Assembly: GCF_006345805.1 (NCBI RefSeq)
Contig: NC_043003.1
Coordinates: 13,454,001-13,518,000, forward strand
Direction: 5' to 3'
Length of the DNA stretch: 64,000 nt
DNA from: Octopus sinensis
Lineage: Eukaryota
Positions 63,056 to 64,000 of this stretch are shown piece by piece. The stretch's first letter is position 1, and each line of letters opens with the position of its first letter. The notes beneath the pieces were generated by a model that was given only the letters and a program-made list of their open reading frames with translations, had not been told where the DNA came from and did not search any database. Position numbers and translations under genes: made by a program.

Positions 63056-64000
63056 AAACATTATATGCATGTGTTTATCCTTGTTTAGACATCATGTGAT
63101 GGTTGTAAATGAGCATCACTGTCAGACAAGCAGTGTTGTTCATTTCCAATCTTGCATGAAAAAGCATGCCTGGCCATGGGGAAATATTACCTTGCTTGGA
63201 AACAGACGAGGGTTGCTGATAGGAAGAGCATCCAGCCATAGAAAATCTGCAGCAACAAATTTCATCTAATCAAAGGATGGAAAAGTGGCAGCGCACATGT
63301 ACTAGCCAAGAAAACGTTTTGGGAGTTAGAGATGGAAGCGAGGCAGGAAAAAAAAAAAAGTAGGGAGTAGGAGGGACGATTAATTGATGGGAAATGAAGG
63401 ACTAGAGAGTATTTATTTTATAGCAAAAGACCAAGCGATATTAGAGTATAAAATAAACAGAAGGGATTCCAATGAAATCAGTTAAACCTATATATATGCA
63501 ACTGCAGTAATCTCGCACAAGCCTATCCAACATGGACAGGGATTACCAACACTCATAAGTCTAATGCTTGAAAATTGTGAATAGTTACTACATGAAACCA
63601 TAGGTAGCATTGTTAATACACAAATAAAGTATATATATATATAACAATTAGAAAAAAACACCTTTTATCAATTCAAAATGAACAATTAAATTACACCATC
63701 TAGAAAATTACATATAATAGAAATATAAAAAATAAAATAATAATATTCCGATGATTAAGTAAATTGCAAAATAATAATAAAAACGTATATATTTGGTAGA
63801 ATAGTGACATGTTTCGTGGCTATATTTAAGAAACGATTATAGTAAAAAAATTAATAGTAGTAGTAAAATCACTTCGATATAAATATAGCTACTCATCAGG
63901 TTAAGAATAAACAATAATAAAATAATTAATTAATAAATATACGTAAATAATCTTTTAAAATATATATATATATCGGGTGATATATTAAATCTATAGAAAC

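Overview
AT-rich, repeat-dense metazoan DNA; the SINE/LINE families and microsatellites resemble Octopus (my recognition, not a database result). No complete protein-coding gene is visible, and most long ORFs in the track are microsatellite or transposon artefacts. Contents: three tRNA-derived SINE families (my labels A, B, D), decayed RTE, CR1, R4/Dong and Penelope-like (PLE) retroelements, piggyBac, hAT, mariner and Helitron-like non-autonomous elements, a frameshifted intronless TMEM165 retrocopy, and a few candidate minus-strand exons of an unidentified gene. Two patterns stand out. (1) Two independent 5S rRNA + SINE-A chimeras, each bracketed as one unit by a target-site duplication. (2) At least six sequence-unrelated families of short repeats carrying minimal type I hammerhead ribozymes with palindromic stem III; two look intact (40506-40548 +, 61999-62041 -), and several sit at the centre of fold-back inverted repeats. 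Repeat boundaries are read by eye and may be off by a few bases.
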